A DNA stretch of 64,000 bases from Macrostomum lignano (Eukaryota), in assembly GCA_002269645.1 (NCBI GenBank), contig NIVC01002291.1, positions 124,001 through 188,000 of the forward strand. The letters run 5' to 3'. Positions 25,924-38,209 of this stretch are shown one piece after another (position 1 is the first letter of the stretch; each line of letters opens with the position of its first letter). A program made the translations under genes and the position numbers. The notes under the pieces are model-generated. The model was not told where the DNA came from and made no database searches. It saw only the letters and a list, made by a program, of their open reading frames with translations.

Positions 25924-26223
25924 GGGTTGTAGCCTAGTGGTTAGATCGTCGGACTCACGACTGAAAGGTCGGGGGTTCGATTCTCGATCCTACCGGAACA
26001 ATTTGTGTCCTTGAGCAAGGCACTTAACTACCCCAGCTAATGCTGGCACCCTTTTTACAGCTGGCGAGAACTGAAGCAATTCAGAGTTGAGGGTGTCTGT
26101 GGTGACCCCCAGTCCTTGGACTGAACAGCCGGACGCAGCCTTCAGATGCGCCGGTTGGACGTCTGGCCCAATTGGGGCAGGTGTAATCAATTATTATTAT
26201 TACTAATATTATTATTATTATTA
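25924..26223 (+). mobile_element. tRNA-derived SINE with CORE-like domain and (ATT)n tail
   Basis: A box TAGCCTAGTGG, B box GGTTCGATTC, then TGTGTCCTTGAGCAAGGCACTTAAC resembling the MIR/CORE motif, ending in (ATT)n. Confidence 0.8.
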
Positions 26224-27234
26224 TATGCTCAGGAGTCGGCGGAATGAGCAGAATTGCCTTGCCGTCAGCGCTGGGTTGTGGGACGATGCCGCCCAAGGCA
26301 TTGTAAAGAACTTTTACAAGTCAAATCTGCCATTAATTGAAAATTGATAAGAGCAGGCATACTGCTATGATTTTACTAAACTAATTAAAAATTTACGACT
26401 AAGTTATAGACTCGCCCATTGTGTTATCTGATTGTCAATTCAACTGTCCCTCGCCACGCGCAATCAATGTACATCATACTCTCCGCCCAAGCGACCAATT
26501 AGCTCACCCACCCCATCTGTCGTCCAATCAAATCAGATTTAATGGTGAGAAATAATGGCTACTCAAAAGTGTGTTAAATTGACGGTAAAAATTCTATACA
26601 ATGCACTTGTATGTTGCATCGTTGAATAATGGCCAGAACCACTCGTGCGGGCTACCATTGCCTTAGGGAGCCAAGAGCGGTGGTGCGAAAGTTTGTTTTT
26701 CATGACTGGACACTTGGCGGGGGTTGTCGGAATCACAGACTGTTATATCTACATTCGTTCGAATTGGCACCCTGCTATTTACGCACATACTGTATATAAT
26801 GAGCATCTGCAGAGTTCATGTTAAATTTACACCCCATTCAACAATAATAGGCCGGAATCAGTGCACCACCTGAGTGACGGGGTGACCCCCTAAGGTAGCG
26901 TATATATAGACTTATCACATCAAATGAGCCACCAAATCACACGAGCCTTAAAGGAATTGTGCAAATTTTTCTCACTGCACTTTTTGCTGCAATCAAATTC
27001 ATTCTGTCAATATTGCGTCATAATTTACCCCTGTAATAAACCCCAAAACCACGTGAGTCTGATCGCTATAAAGAATTCTAATTTATTAGCTAGAACTGTT
27101 GCGTAATAGATTTGACTTTTAATTGTTCAACTGTACAGTTGGTGCCTTATTTAGTGACGCACAATGCTCAGCGGCTATAAAACTCTGGCAGAGCAGATCG
27201 ACGCACGGTCTATGCTTTCTCGATCGTCCCAGCT

Positions 27235-30036
27235 ATGCAGAGATCCACAGTCAGGCATCAGCAGAGCCTGCCACTCAGCCAGCCCTCCAATGCTAACAGA
27301 GGTTTTGTTCTGCAGCAACAAACCTCGCTGCAGACTGCAGCTGCTGATGGTGCACCTTCGCGGCAGCAATTTGTGCAGATTGTGCAAAATTCCACAGGTG
27401 GACAGCGGCAGCCGCCTCAGGTGGTGTATCTGAGACCAGTGAGCTCTTCGAGTGCCGCACCGCCGGGCTCTTGCGCTGCGCTTCGGATGTTGGTAAGAAA
27501 GCGATGGGAATTACGAGGTGGGATTCCGCTCCCCGGGCCGCCCCGAATCGATTAAATAACTATTCCTCATCAGAGAGTTAATGCCAAGGACAACTTAAGT
27601 AGATATATATGTTACTTAAGTAGTCCTTGGTTAATGCTCCGGTAATACTACTCACTCTACTGAAATTTTAGCCATCGTCTTCAGTAGTACCTAATGGAGC
27701 TTTTGTTGCCAGAAGTTCGATGCGCACCCAGCAACAGCTGCAACCACGGCAGCAACTGCATCCACCGCAGCAACTGCATCCACTACAGCAACTGCAACCA
27801 CCGCAGCAACTGCAACCACCCCAGCAACTGCAACCACAACATCAACTGCAACCACCGCAGCAACTGCAACCACCGCAGCAACTGCAACCACCCCAACAGC
27901 CACGTCAGCAGCAGCTACAGAGTTTGGCACAGTTTGTCACTATCTCTGAACCGGTGAGAGAACGTTGATCACGTGATATTTTAACAATTAGCTACCTGTA
28001 GAATTGAGAACATCTGCCACTCAACTACCTGTAGAATTCAGACCATCTATCAATTAGCTACCTGTGGAATTGAGAACATCTACCAATCGGCTACCTGTAG
28101 AATTGAGAACAGCTACCAATCAGCTACCTGTAGAATCGAGAACAGCTACCACTCAGCTACCTGTAGAATTCAGACCATCTACCAATCAGCTACCTGTAGA
28201 ATTGAGAACAACTACCAATCAGCTACCTGTAGAATTGAGAACAACTACCACTCAGCTACCTGTAGAATTGAGAACAGCTACCACTCAGCTACCTGTAGAA
28301 TTGAGAACATCTACCAATCAGCTACCTGTAGAATTGAGAACAGCTACCACTCAGCTACCTGTAGAAGGGCAAATAATACTAAAAAGGAGTCTACAATCGC
28401 AGGAGCCTCCACCGCCGTACTGCTTGGTGGACAGTCATCAAAGCTTCGTGCAGCAGATGCAGTTGCTCAGCCTACCGTCCCAGCCTCCGCCCTACACCGC
28501 TGTCGCTTCATCGGCAGTCCCTGCGAGTTCGCAGACTCCAAGATTTGTTTCGTACGCCCCATCCGGAGCATTCGTTCCAGCCTCGTCGGTGGCAACAGCC
28601 GTCCAGCCTCAGGCAAGGAGGGTCGCCTTGGCCCGCTGCGGCACTGCCACCAACACTGCCGGTGTCTGGCAGAGTGGGGTACATGTTTTTCCTGCTCTTC
28701 TTTCGCTTAAGCTTTAACTAAATTCGTTGGTTTGCTCTGTTCCGCCTCTACACTCTACGCTACTCTGATTAAGTTCTCAGCTTTATAATCGAATCTACAC
28801 TCTTGCCTTCTACTCTCCACTCTACTCTTGTTTTTTACTCTCCACCCTACTCCTGTCTTCTACTCTCCACTCTACTCCTGTCTTCTACTCTCCACCCTAC
28901 TCTGTCTTCTACTCTCCACCCTACTCTGTCTTCTACTTCACTCTACTGTCTTCTACTCCACTCCACTCTACTCTGTATTCTACTCCACTCCACTGTTTTC
29001 TACTCTCTGCTCAACTGTCTTCTACTCCACTCCACTCTACTCTGTTTTCTACTCTACTCTACTCTGTCTTCTACTTTATATTCTACAGTACCTTGTATTT
29101 TATACTATTCTCACCTGTCAACTCTACACTGTAAGAGCGTACCTTCTGCCATATAAAATTTATAGTTCCTCTGCAGTCATAGCTACGATACAGTCTATTA
29201 AGTGCTGTTTTGATACACTATATACTCGTATTTTACGAGCTGCTTTTAAACCAATAGCATCAGTTAAATGTCTGGTCAAAATATTTTTCTACTTTCCAAT
29301 CATTATTCAAGGCTGCAACCAGTGTTGCAAAAACCATCACGACTATTGCATCATCGGCTGGTGCTGATGGACACGGCAGCCTTCCAAGGATTGTACTTTT
29401 AAAGTCCACTGGTGGTTCAACTTCTGCGCCTGCGGCGGTTATGGCGGCTCCAACTGGTGTCCGCTCTGCTTGTTTGTCTTCAGCAGCGTCTACTCAAGTT
29501 TGTCATTTTTTCTCCGCTCTTTGATTGGTTGGCTTCAGGCTGTTAATTAATTAATTAGCTTTTCACCATCATCCGCTCTGTTTTCGCAGCCAATTGCTTC
29601 GACTCTAGCCAACAGCAGCAGAAGCAGTGGTCTTACTGCACAGTCAGACTCTCCTGAGCCGTCTGCACCTCCGCCGCCAGAGAATTTTATCACTTGTTCG
29701 GTGCGTCTTGCCCACATTCACCTCACTTCCCTTCTATCCCTTACCCCTAGGCTGACTGCAGAGCCAACACCCACCCCACTCCCTTTCCGTCCCTTACCCC
29801 TAGGCCGACTGCAAAGCCAACACCCACCCCACTCTCTTCCGTCCCTTACCCCTAGGCTGACTTCAGAGCTAGCATGCACCCCATTCCCCTTCTGTCCCTC
29901 ACCCCAAAGATAGAGCCACCACGCACCCCACTCCGCCTCCCGATTCGGTCAGGTTCAGCTCCGGTCAACAGCTTCCTCGGTATGCGTTCCGACTGCTTTT
30001 CTGCGAACTGTGACAGTGCAGCAACCACCAATACAA

Positions 30037-30068
<32 letters not shown>

Positions 30069-30554
30069 GCAGTCGCAATTGGAGCAGCCAGAGCAAGATA
30101 AGCAAGACCAAAAGAAGAAAATCAACAAAAAGAAAATAAAACAGCAAAAATCTCTGCCTGAAGACGTCGCTGCCGCCGCCGCTGCCGCCGCCGCTACCAG
30201 CTCTGACGCTGATGAATCAGCGGAGAAGCGTCGCATCACAGCCCAGCTGCTCAAGTGCGACCGCTGCCAAAGCGACTTCAGCTGTCTGCACCCGATTCAA
30301 AAGCCACAGCCGAGACCAAACGCAGACTTGGCAGCCGACGATCGATCGGACGACGGTTTGGCTTCCGAAGACGACGAGGACGAGCTCATGTGCGGGCGCT
30401 GCAGCTCCAGGATCAGCTTATCTAGCAGGCTCGGCTACTGGCAGCGGCACCGGCTGCCGGACACCGTTGCCGCTCTGCGCGACTTGTTCAAAGGCCAGCT
30501 GTCTAGCGGTCGGAGCCGCCAGCCCTTCCAGATGGTCAAGGTTGGTGCTGTTGC

Positions 30555-30609
<55 letters not shown>

Positions 30610-33600
30610 GATGATGCCAACCACCTAACGTCAATGGCTAGGGGCCTCCTCCCTGGCCCCCCATGGTGGGTGGCCTCTCCACCACTCTCAATACTTCAAG
30701 CTTACTCCGGCTGTTCACAGACCGCCCGAAGGCCACTGTAACACCACGCCCTCCTCCTTCCATCCGTCGCCGGGCAGTCCCAGACATGCTGCATTGTCTC
30801 GTCTTCCATGCCGCAGCAACGGCATAATTGCTTTCGTCCTGGAGCCCTATCCTCTTCCTGTAGGCTGCCAATTCGGTTGAGTGGCCAGTCCGCATTCTTC
30901 TGAAGCTCACCTCCTCCCTCCTGCTGCTGAACCACGGGTCCCTATTCCTACCACACGTGCTCTCGTACACCCTCAACATTCTCTCCTGTCTCCAGCCACT
31001 TATCCGCGTACCATACCGCCTCGCTCTTTTCGCCACCGTGCTAGCCATCGCTCTAGTGCCATCATGCTTCACCTCTCCTACCGCTTCGCAGCCACCTCGT
31101 CCGCCTCCTCATTTCCTCTGATTCCGCAGTGACTATAGGGATCTAGAGCAGGATCAACAGCTTCCCCGCCTGGTCCAGCTTGCCGAACTCTTCTCTGATG
31201 AGCTTTACCAGCGGGTTTCTGCCACCTTTGCTGACCATCTGGAGGCCACTCTTGGTATTTGTACATAACACCGCTTTCGTCCAACTATACCGCGTTTCTA
31301 TCAGCCATCTTGTCGCTTCCCAAATAGCGTAGAGCTCCGCTTGCGTCGACGATGCGATCCTGCCTCCCGACACTTTCCTAGACGCCAGGGTCCGCTCCAA
31401 GTCGCCACTCTTCGCAACCATTCCGCCACCTCCGGCTCCATAGTCGTTCACTCGACCGTCCGTGAAAATAACGACATTCGCCCCTTCGCTGGCTTCCTTG
31501 ATGCCAGCGGTGCCTAGTTTTCTGCAATCCTCTTCCTCGGCCGGCCGGGAGCCTTCCGCTTGGATCGACACACCCTCCACGTTATTCCTGGTCTTTCTTT
31601 TACCACGTCCTCGAACCTTGTTATATCCAGCTGCCACATCCTCATCAACTCCGAAGCCCACCAGTTCCAGCACCGCCTATTCAAGCGGCTACTCCCTCTG
31701 TCTTCCGACAATCTCCTTCTGATCGAGCCATCTCTACACCTGAGCATTCTATCCAGCTTCTGGACAGCTCTACAGCTCGCCAGCCCACGGAGCTCCATCG
31801 GTGCCGCTCTCTTCCCTGACTCCCTCGATCGGCGTTGTAGCCATCAGACCTCCAATCACTCTCGTAGCTCTTCTCTGGAGCACTTCCAGCTTAGCCCAGC
31901 TCTCCTCTCCAAGCCACGGCATCCAGACAGTCGATCCATACATAATTTTACTCTCGACAATCGCCTCGTGCTTGCTTTGCCAACCCCAGTCGCTGCCCGC
32001 CAGCTTCCTGAGCAGCTAGACGCATCCCTTACAGGCCTAGCAGATCTCTTGCACGTGCTTACCGAAACTCAGCTTACTATCATAGGTAACGCCTAGGAAT
32101 TTAGGGTTCTTTTCCCAAATCAGGCTTCCCTCTCAGGCTGATGACCACTTCGCTAGGGATACGCTTTCGCCCGCTAACACTGAACAGAGTCAAAGTGCAT
32201 TTACTGGGAGCCACCGGCAACAGCCACCTTTTGCTCCAGTCTTCCACCAGCTCTATCACCTCCTTAATCTTCACCGCAGCTCTTCTGCTATTGTTCTCAC
32301 ACGCCCAAGCCGCCAGGTCATCTGCGAACCCGCTCACTTCAACACCTTCCATTGCCCCTATCTCCTCCAACAGGTCGTCAATGAAAATCAGGAACAGGAC
32401 CGGCGACAGCACGGAGCCCTGTGGCAGCATTTGCTTCAAACACACAACCGTGCCATCTCTATCCTGATAGCGGACGACCGCTAGCCGGTTTGCCAGCCAA
32501 TTTCTGATCCATTTCACCATTCGTCTTGCTCAATCCTTTCTGTAACGCTTTCTATGGAAGCCCATGCCTTCACACCTTATCGAACGCCCTTTCAAAGTCC
32601 ACCAGGGTCAGGACTCCGCCGTCCCCTCTCTGGAGGGCATCTTCCATCGCCTGAGAGAGTCTGAGGAGCTGGTTGATCATCTTCCCACCCGGAATACCGC
32701 TTGACTGTCACTGAGACCCTTCCTTTCCAAGTAGAATTGCATTCTGCTCGCCAATATCATTTCCATCCATTTTCCTACGCAGGACGCGAGGCATACCGGT
32801 CTATACGACCCGACCTCTGCTGCATCCTTTCCTGGCTTGAGCAGCGGGATAATGCGCCTTCTCCTCCAGCTTTGTGGGACGACCGCACTGCTATACGACC
32901 AGTTAAACAGCTCGTGGTAGACCTCAATCATACTATCAGGCAGCTCCTTGGGCAGCTTAGGGTGGATACCTTCAGGGCCAGCTGCTTTGTTGCCGTCCAA
33001 ATCCTTCATGCTGAGCTCACTGCTCTCACTCGTGTCTGGTCCCTCCTCGCTCAACATTTGAGACACCTGCCGTTTCGCCCATCTATGGCTTCTGGGGACA
33101 CGCACGTGGCTGACCCTCGCGTATTCTCTCGGAAATGCTCCCGCTTTGGCTCCATCCCATCTGTACTCCTTGCCGCCGTGCTCGAGGACCCTGCTCTTTT
33201 CATCTCCGATCTTGCCCTTAATTTGGTTGAGCACTCTCCACATCTTTAACGATGTCGCATTAGCTTCTAGGTGTTGCCGCCATTCCTGTCTCTTCTTCCC
33301 GCTGATCATTTCCTTGGCTTTGCAATCGAGCTCCGTCCAACGTTCGTCGTTCCCTTCCTTCCTCGCCCTGTTTCTTTCTTCAAGCATCAGCTGGACCTCC
33401 TCGTCAACCAGGTTTCTATTCCTGGATACATTTCCTCGCTGCCGCCAGGATGACTTGCCTCGCACCGGCTTCCACGCCTGCAACGCTGCTACAGTTGAAT
33501 CTGTACTCTCTGCATCCTTTATCAATTTGTTCTCTGAACGCCTGCCAATCGGCCTTCTTCCAATTCCAGCGGACAATCCGCCTAGCTTTGGTTTCGGAAT

Positions 33601-35409
33601 CTCTACCGCCAGCCTGCATCACTATAGGAAGATGGTCAGAGCTCAGCTTCTGGAGGGTGCTCCAGGACCACGACTGCTCCTTAGAGCCGTGACAGAAGGT
33701 GACGTCGAGAGCTGACCGCACTCCTGTGCCCTTTCCCACCCTCGTGGCAAGGCCGTCATTCAGACACACCATGCCTCTGTCGTCCGCCCATTCAACCAGC
33801 GTCGACCCCCTCACCTCCTCGTCTATCATGCCATCCCAGACCTCGTCATACGCATTGAAGTCTCCTCCTACTAACCTTTTCTCCCCTCCAGGCAATGTGT
33901 ACAGCGCATCTCTCCAGCTTCCGTCTTCGCCCGGGGCATGTAGCGGTTTAGCACGCTCAGCTTCTCCGCCATCACTTCAAGCCTCCCTCCAGCACTCTCT
34001 TCTGGGACTCTCAGACTCCTATAGCACAGTCTCTCTCTAATTAAAATGGCCCGGCCTCCGCCTCTCGCCTTCCAGCATCCCCTCCACTCTGCGCCTGCCG
34101 CGTCTCAACAGCGCGTACCCTGGAAAGACGGGGTCCGGGTCCGCAGCCCTCAGCTTCGTTTCCTGTATCAGCGCAATGTCCATCACCTCCTCCTCCAGCA
34201 GGTTAGCTAGCTCGGCTGTTTTAGTGTGCAGGTGGTCGCAGTTTCACTGAAGCACCCTCCAGCTGGGTAGCTTTCCGGCGGCAGTGTCACATTCTATAGC
34301 GTTCCCGCCACCCCCTCTCTCAGCCTCTCTCTTGCTTCCGGCACGATCTGCAAGGTCCGAGACGCATTCCCTGCATTTCCACCCACCGCTAGATCTCCAG
34401 CCGTCTAAACGCTTTCTACTCACTTCCCCAACGCAGCACCAATGCATCCTCTTAGAACACAGCGCGCAGCACGCTCCGACGTTCTTTCTACAGTAACGGA
34501 GACATTCCGCACAGCGGACCGCTTTATAGGTTGGTAAATTGGCATTATGTCCTCTTTCGTTCGGCAGTTGACTCTGACGAGCTCCCGCCTTAACACAGCA
34601 CGCCACGTGAAAGCTTGAGGACTGTGCTGCAATCCTTCCTTTTGTTGGTGCTGTTGCTGGTGTGTGTGTAAATCAGTATCCCTCAGGGTGCCTGTTACAG
34701 AAACTCCTCATGTAATTTCTGATGGCTCTCTTTCATAGCAAGTGTTTCTCAAATGGTGACCTTTTGAAGGCCGATTTTTCTAAAAAAAATACTTTTTTAC
34801 AATGTTATGTTTAAAAAAGCTGCTAGTAGAAATGCGGTTATTTTATTCTCGAATTTTCTATCAATTTAAACAAAACCGTGAACCACCGTCCAGGTGTACG
34901 ACATTGACGAGTTGACCACCGGCTGTCAGGTGGCGTTCCGCCGCAGCCTCGGCTACTACCATCACGCCATCGTGGCCGACGTTGGCGCCGAGTTCTTCGA
35001 CTCGATCGAGTACGACTTCCAGTTGCGCCGAGGTGGCGGCAGTTCCGGAGACGGCGGCGGCAGGACCTGCGTGCGCCGGCGTAGCCGGGAGTTTAAGCGG
35101 GAGCAGCCGAGCCTCTATAGGGTGGACTACCACAGCCTCGACTGCTATGAGCCGGACATTGTAGTTGACAGGGCCAATAGAAGGCTGAACGAGACACAGT
35201 ACAGTCTCATTAGGAGCAACTGCGAGCACCTGGCTGTGTGGGCCAAAACCGGCGCCTGGGAGTCCTATCAGCTGCGCCAGCTCGAGCAGAAGCTGACTAG
35301 GAGCGGTGGCGAGAGTCAGTCCGTTCGGGTGGAACCCATTCTCATCCGGGATCCCGAACAGGAGGAGGCCGGGGAGAGAACCCGCAGCAACCGTCCGCTG
35401 CAGGTCTGA
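27235..35409 (+). CDS. LRAT/HRASLS-family (permuted NlpC/P60) domain protein with a long low-complexity N-terminus. Exons about 27235-27492, 27713-27931 (frame ambiguous), 28403-28678, 29312-29497, 29590-29700, 29953-30540, 34894-35409
   Basis: Last exon has GYYHHAIV and YSLIRSNCEHL (LRAT His and NCEH catalytic motifs); all predicted junctions are GT-AG phase 0, including QMVK|VYDIDEL across the LINE. The start and exon 2 are uncertain. Confidence 0.75.
27584..27630. mobile_element. 47-bp hairpin mini-element (paired TIRs) with TTAATG direct repeats
   Basis: CCAAGGACAACTTAAGTA...TACTTAAGTAGTCCTTGG, flanked by TTAATG on both sides; the same terminus recurs at 54198-54216. Confidence 0.65.
27990..28365. 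repeat. Intronic 33-bp minisatellite (AGCTACCTGTAGAATTGAGAACAGCTACCACTC)
   Basis: About 11 tandem copies. Confidence 0.92.
28790..29075. repeat. Degenerate CTACT/CTCCACT low-complexity intronic repeat
   Basis: Visible imperfect tandem motif. Confidence 0.8.
30557..34643 (-). mobile_element. Full-length, frameshifted non-LTR retrotransposon (PHD-APE-RT-RNaseH-CCHC; Ingi/I-group-like) with (CAA)n tail
   Basis: PHD-like CAEC..CALC..HWCC..WKCREC; APE VGGDFNA and SSDHLPI; RT GSYRPVCL, LPQGSVLSP, GFADDL; RNaseH IFTDG and AELYAI; C-terminal ETMQHVWDC; 16-bp TSD GTTGGTGCTGTTGCTG at 30541-30556 and 34644-34659. Confidence 0.92.
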
Positions 35410-35889
35410 GTGCAGGTACACTTTAAATTGAGTGTCAGTTTAAACTTTATTGCATAATACATATGACAACCTCTATTGGTTGGTCAGTTCCATTAGTGCC
35501 CTCCCTCTCTCTTGTCTCTGATTGGTCAGTTCCATTCATTCTCTCTCTCTCTCTCCCTCTCTCTCCCTCTTAAATGTGCACAATTGCACAGTGTTTTTGG
35601 ATTTCGCCGTTTTAAAAAACTGACTACCCATTCTCTTACGGTGTCGTTGGGTCATTATTAAAGAAATTTGATGTTATTTTTTGTAACAAATCCTTTGTGT
35701 GCCGTCTGTGCGAGTACTGCTCAAAATTTGAAGTTCAGTTTTTTGTTTAAAAAATATGTTTATTTGTTTAATAATAAACTGTCTCGTATCATATCGGTGC
35801 TTAGAGCTTTCTGTCTTATACGATAGCAACAATAGCAATACGAACTGAAAAATAGTTCATCTATTTAGGCCTTAATTTTTTCTGCTTGC

Positions 35890-36290
<401 letters not shown>

Positions 36291-36384
36291 TACATAGCGA
36301 TTATGCCCTCACAAGTCTGTTACAACAAAGGTTAAAGCATTCGGAGGAAGAAGAGGAACTTTTTGAGGTGTTTGAGATTGAGTA

Positions 36385-37130
36385 GTCAGTCCCGAAAGCT
36401 ACTCAATTTCAAAGACAACTCAGCCCCGAAAGCTACTCAATTTCAAAGACAACTCAGCCCCGAAAGCTACTCAATTTCAAAGACAACTCAGCCCCGAAAG
36501 CTACTCAATTTCAAAGACAACTCAGTCCCGAAAACTACCCAATTTCAAAGACAACTCAGCCCCGAAAACTACCCAATTTCAAGGACAACTCAGCCCCGAA
36601 AACTACTCAATTTCAAAGACAACTCAGTCCCGAAAACTACCCAATTTCAAAGGCAACTCAGCCCCGAAAGCTACTCAATTTTAAAAGCAACTCAGCCCCG
36701 AAAACTACCCAATTTCAAAGACAACTCAGCCCCGAAAACTACCCAATTTCAAAGACAACTCAGCCCCGAAAACTACCCAATTTCAAAGACAACTCAGTCC
36801 CGAAAACTACCCAATTTCAAAGACAACTCAGCCCCGAAAACTACCCAATTTCAAAGACTGCTCAGCCCTGAAAAATACCCTATTTCAAGGACTACTTAGC
36901 CCTGAAAAATACCCAATTTCAAGGACTGCTCAGCCCTGAAAAATACCCAATTTCAAGGACTACTCAGCCCTGAAAAATACCCTATTTCAAGGACTGCTCA
37001 GCCCTGAAAAATACCCTATTTCAAGGACTACTCAGCCCTGAAAAATACCCTATTTCAAGGACTACTCAGCCCTGAAAAATACCCTATTTCAAGGACTATT
37101 CAGCCCCGAAGAACACCCCATTTCAAGGTC
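36385..37130. repeat. 34-bp minisatellite (CAGCCCCGAAAACTACCCAATTTCAAAGACAACT)
   Basis: About 22 copies with progressive sequence drift. Confidence 0.93.
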
Positions 37131-38209
37131 AGCTGAGCGCATCAAAAAAAAATCTGAGCAGTTTTGGATCATCTAACTTTCTACTCACAACGCTACAGTT
37201 AATATATAAAAATGTTCCGCACAACAGATGACAACGAAAAATGGTTATAACAGTGAGTCATGTAGTAAAAATACGTTGAGTGCAGAGTTTCCACAGTTTA
37301 AACTGTGACTGAATTAGCTAAATAAACTTAGTTAATCGAAGCCTACAATCCTAAAAATACAAAACATGCGCTTGTACAGCCAGAAACGGTACAGCATATT
37401 ATCGCATATAAGAAATTATTAAACACGAGTTGACAGCTGGCCTCACACGAAACGGACACAATTTTAATTAAAGTTGATGACAAAAGAATCATGATCACAG
37501 GCCCGTGACAGGAATGACCTGAATCTTGGTCGGGGTCTTAACGACTGGGACAGAAAATGGATAATGCAAAGGGAAAAATAATTACTCTAACACCAGCCGG
37601 TAATTATCATGCCTGTATAATTGTAACCATTTTTGGTTATCAGAGTTTTAATCAGAGTCAAACGAAATTGCTGAGATACTTCGTAGAATGTATTAGCAAC
37701 CGGTCTTTGTGGCGTCTTAAGGGTCTTAAGGGCCAAGTCACATGTTGCAGCCCTCACAGCAGCCATGGATCCCGCACCCATGTCAGCAGCTTCCCAGATA
37801 GCAACACGGGAAATCTTCAAGAAACTGAGCAGCATGTATTTCTTAGAATTTTCTGATTTTTCAGTGGCTTCCTTGCACTCAGAATAGCCACGAATCACGC
37901 GCCAACCTCGTGGGCGTTCTAGAAAATTCTAAAGCTTTCTACCTCCCATGCATATTTAGCCGGATATGCCAAGGGTACCGCTTTTTTCGCTCTAGTCAGA
38001 CAAAGTAGAATACGTCAATTTAAAAAGAATGTTTGATAGGTTAATAAAATGGTGTAAAACCTTTTAAAAATTAATAAAACCTCCCCCCTCTCTGATCTGT
38101 CTTCTCCCGATCCTCGCTTCCTCAACCATATTCAACCTTAATACATACTCCCCTTCGCCTTCCCATCTCACTCTACTCATTATCGCCCTCTACTCCTTTT
38201 CATCCACGA

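Noticed and set aside
25924-25996. tRNA gene
   Set aside because: A and B boxes are present but no convincing acceptor stem; continues into a CORE-like body and an ATT tail, so a SINE
30418-30628. Poly-Asn, poly-Thr, poly-Val and poly-Leu ORFs
   Set aside because: Produced by the (CAA)n tail of the LINE
37557-37898. About 100-aa ORFs on both strands
   Set aside because: No recognisable motif or splice support
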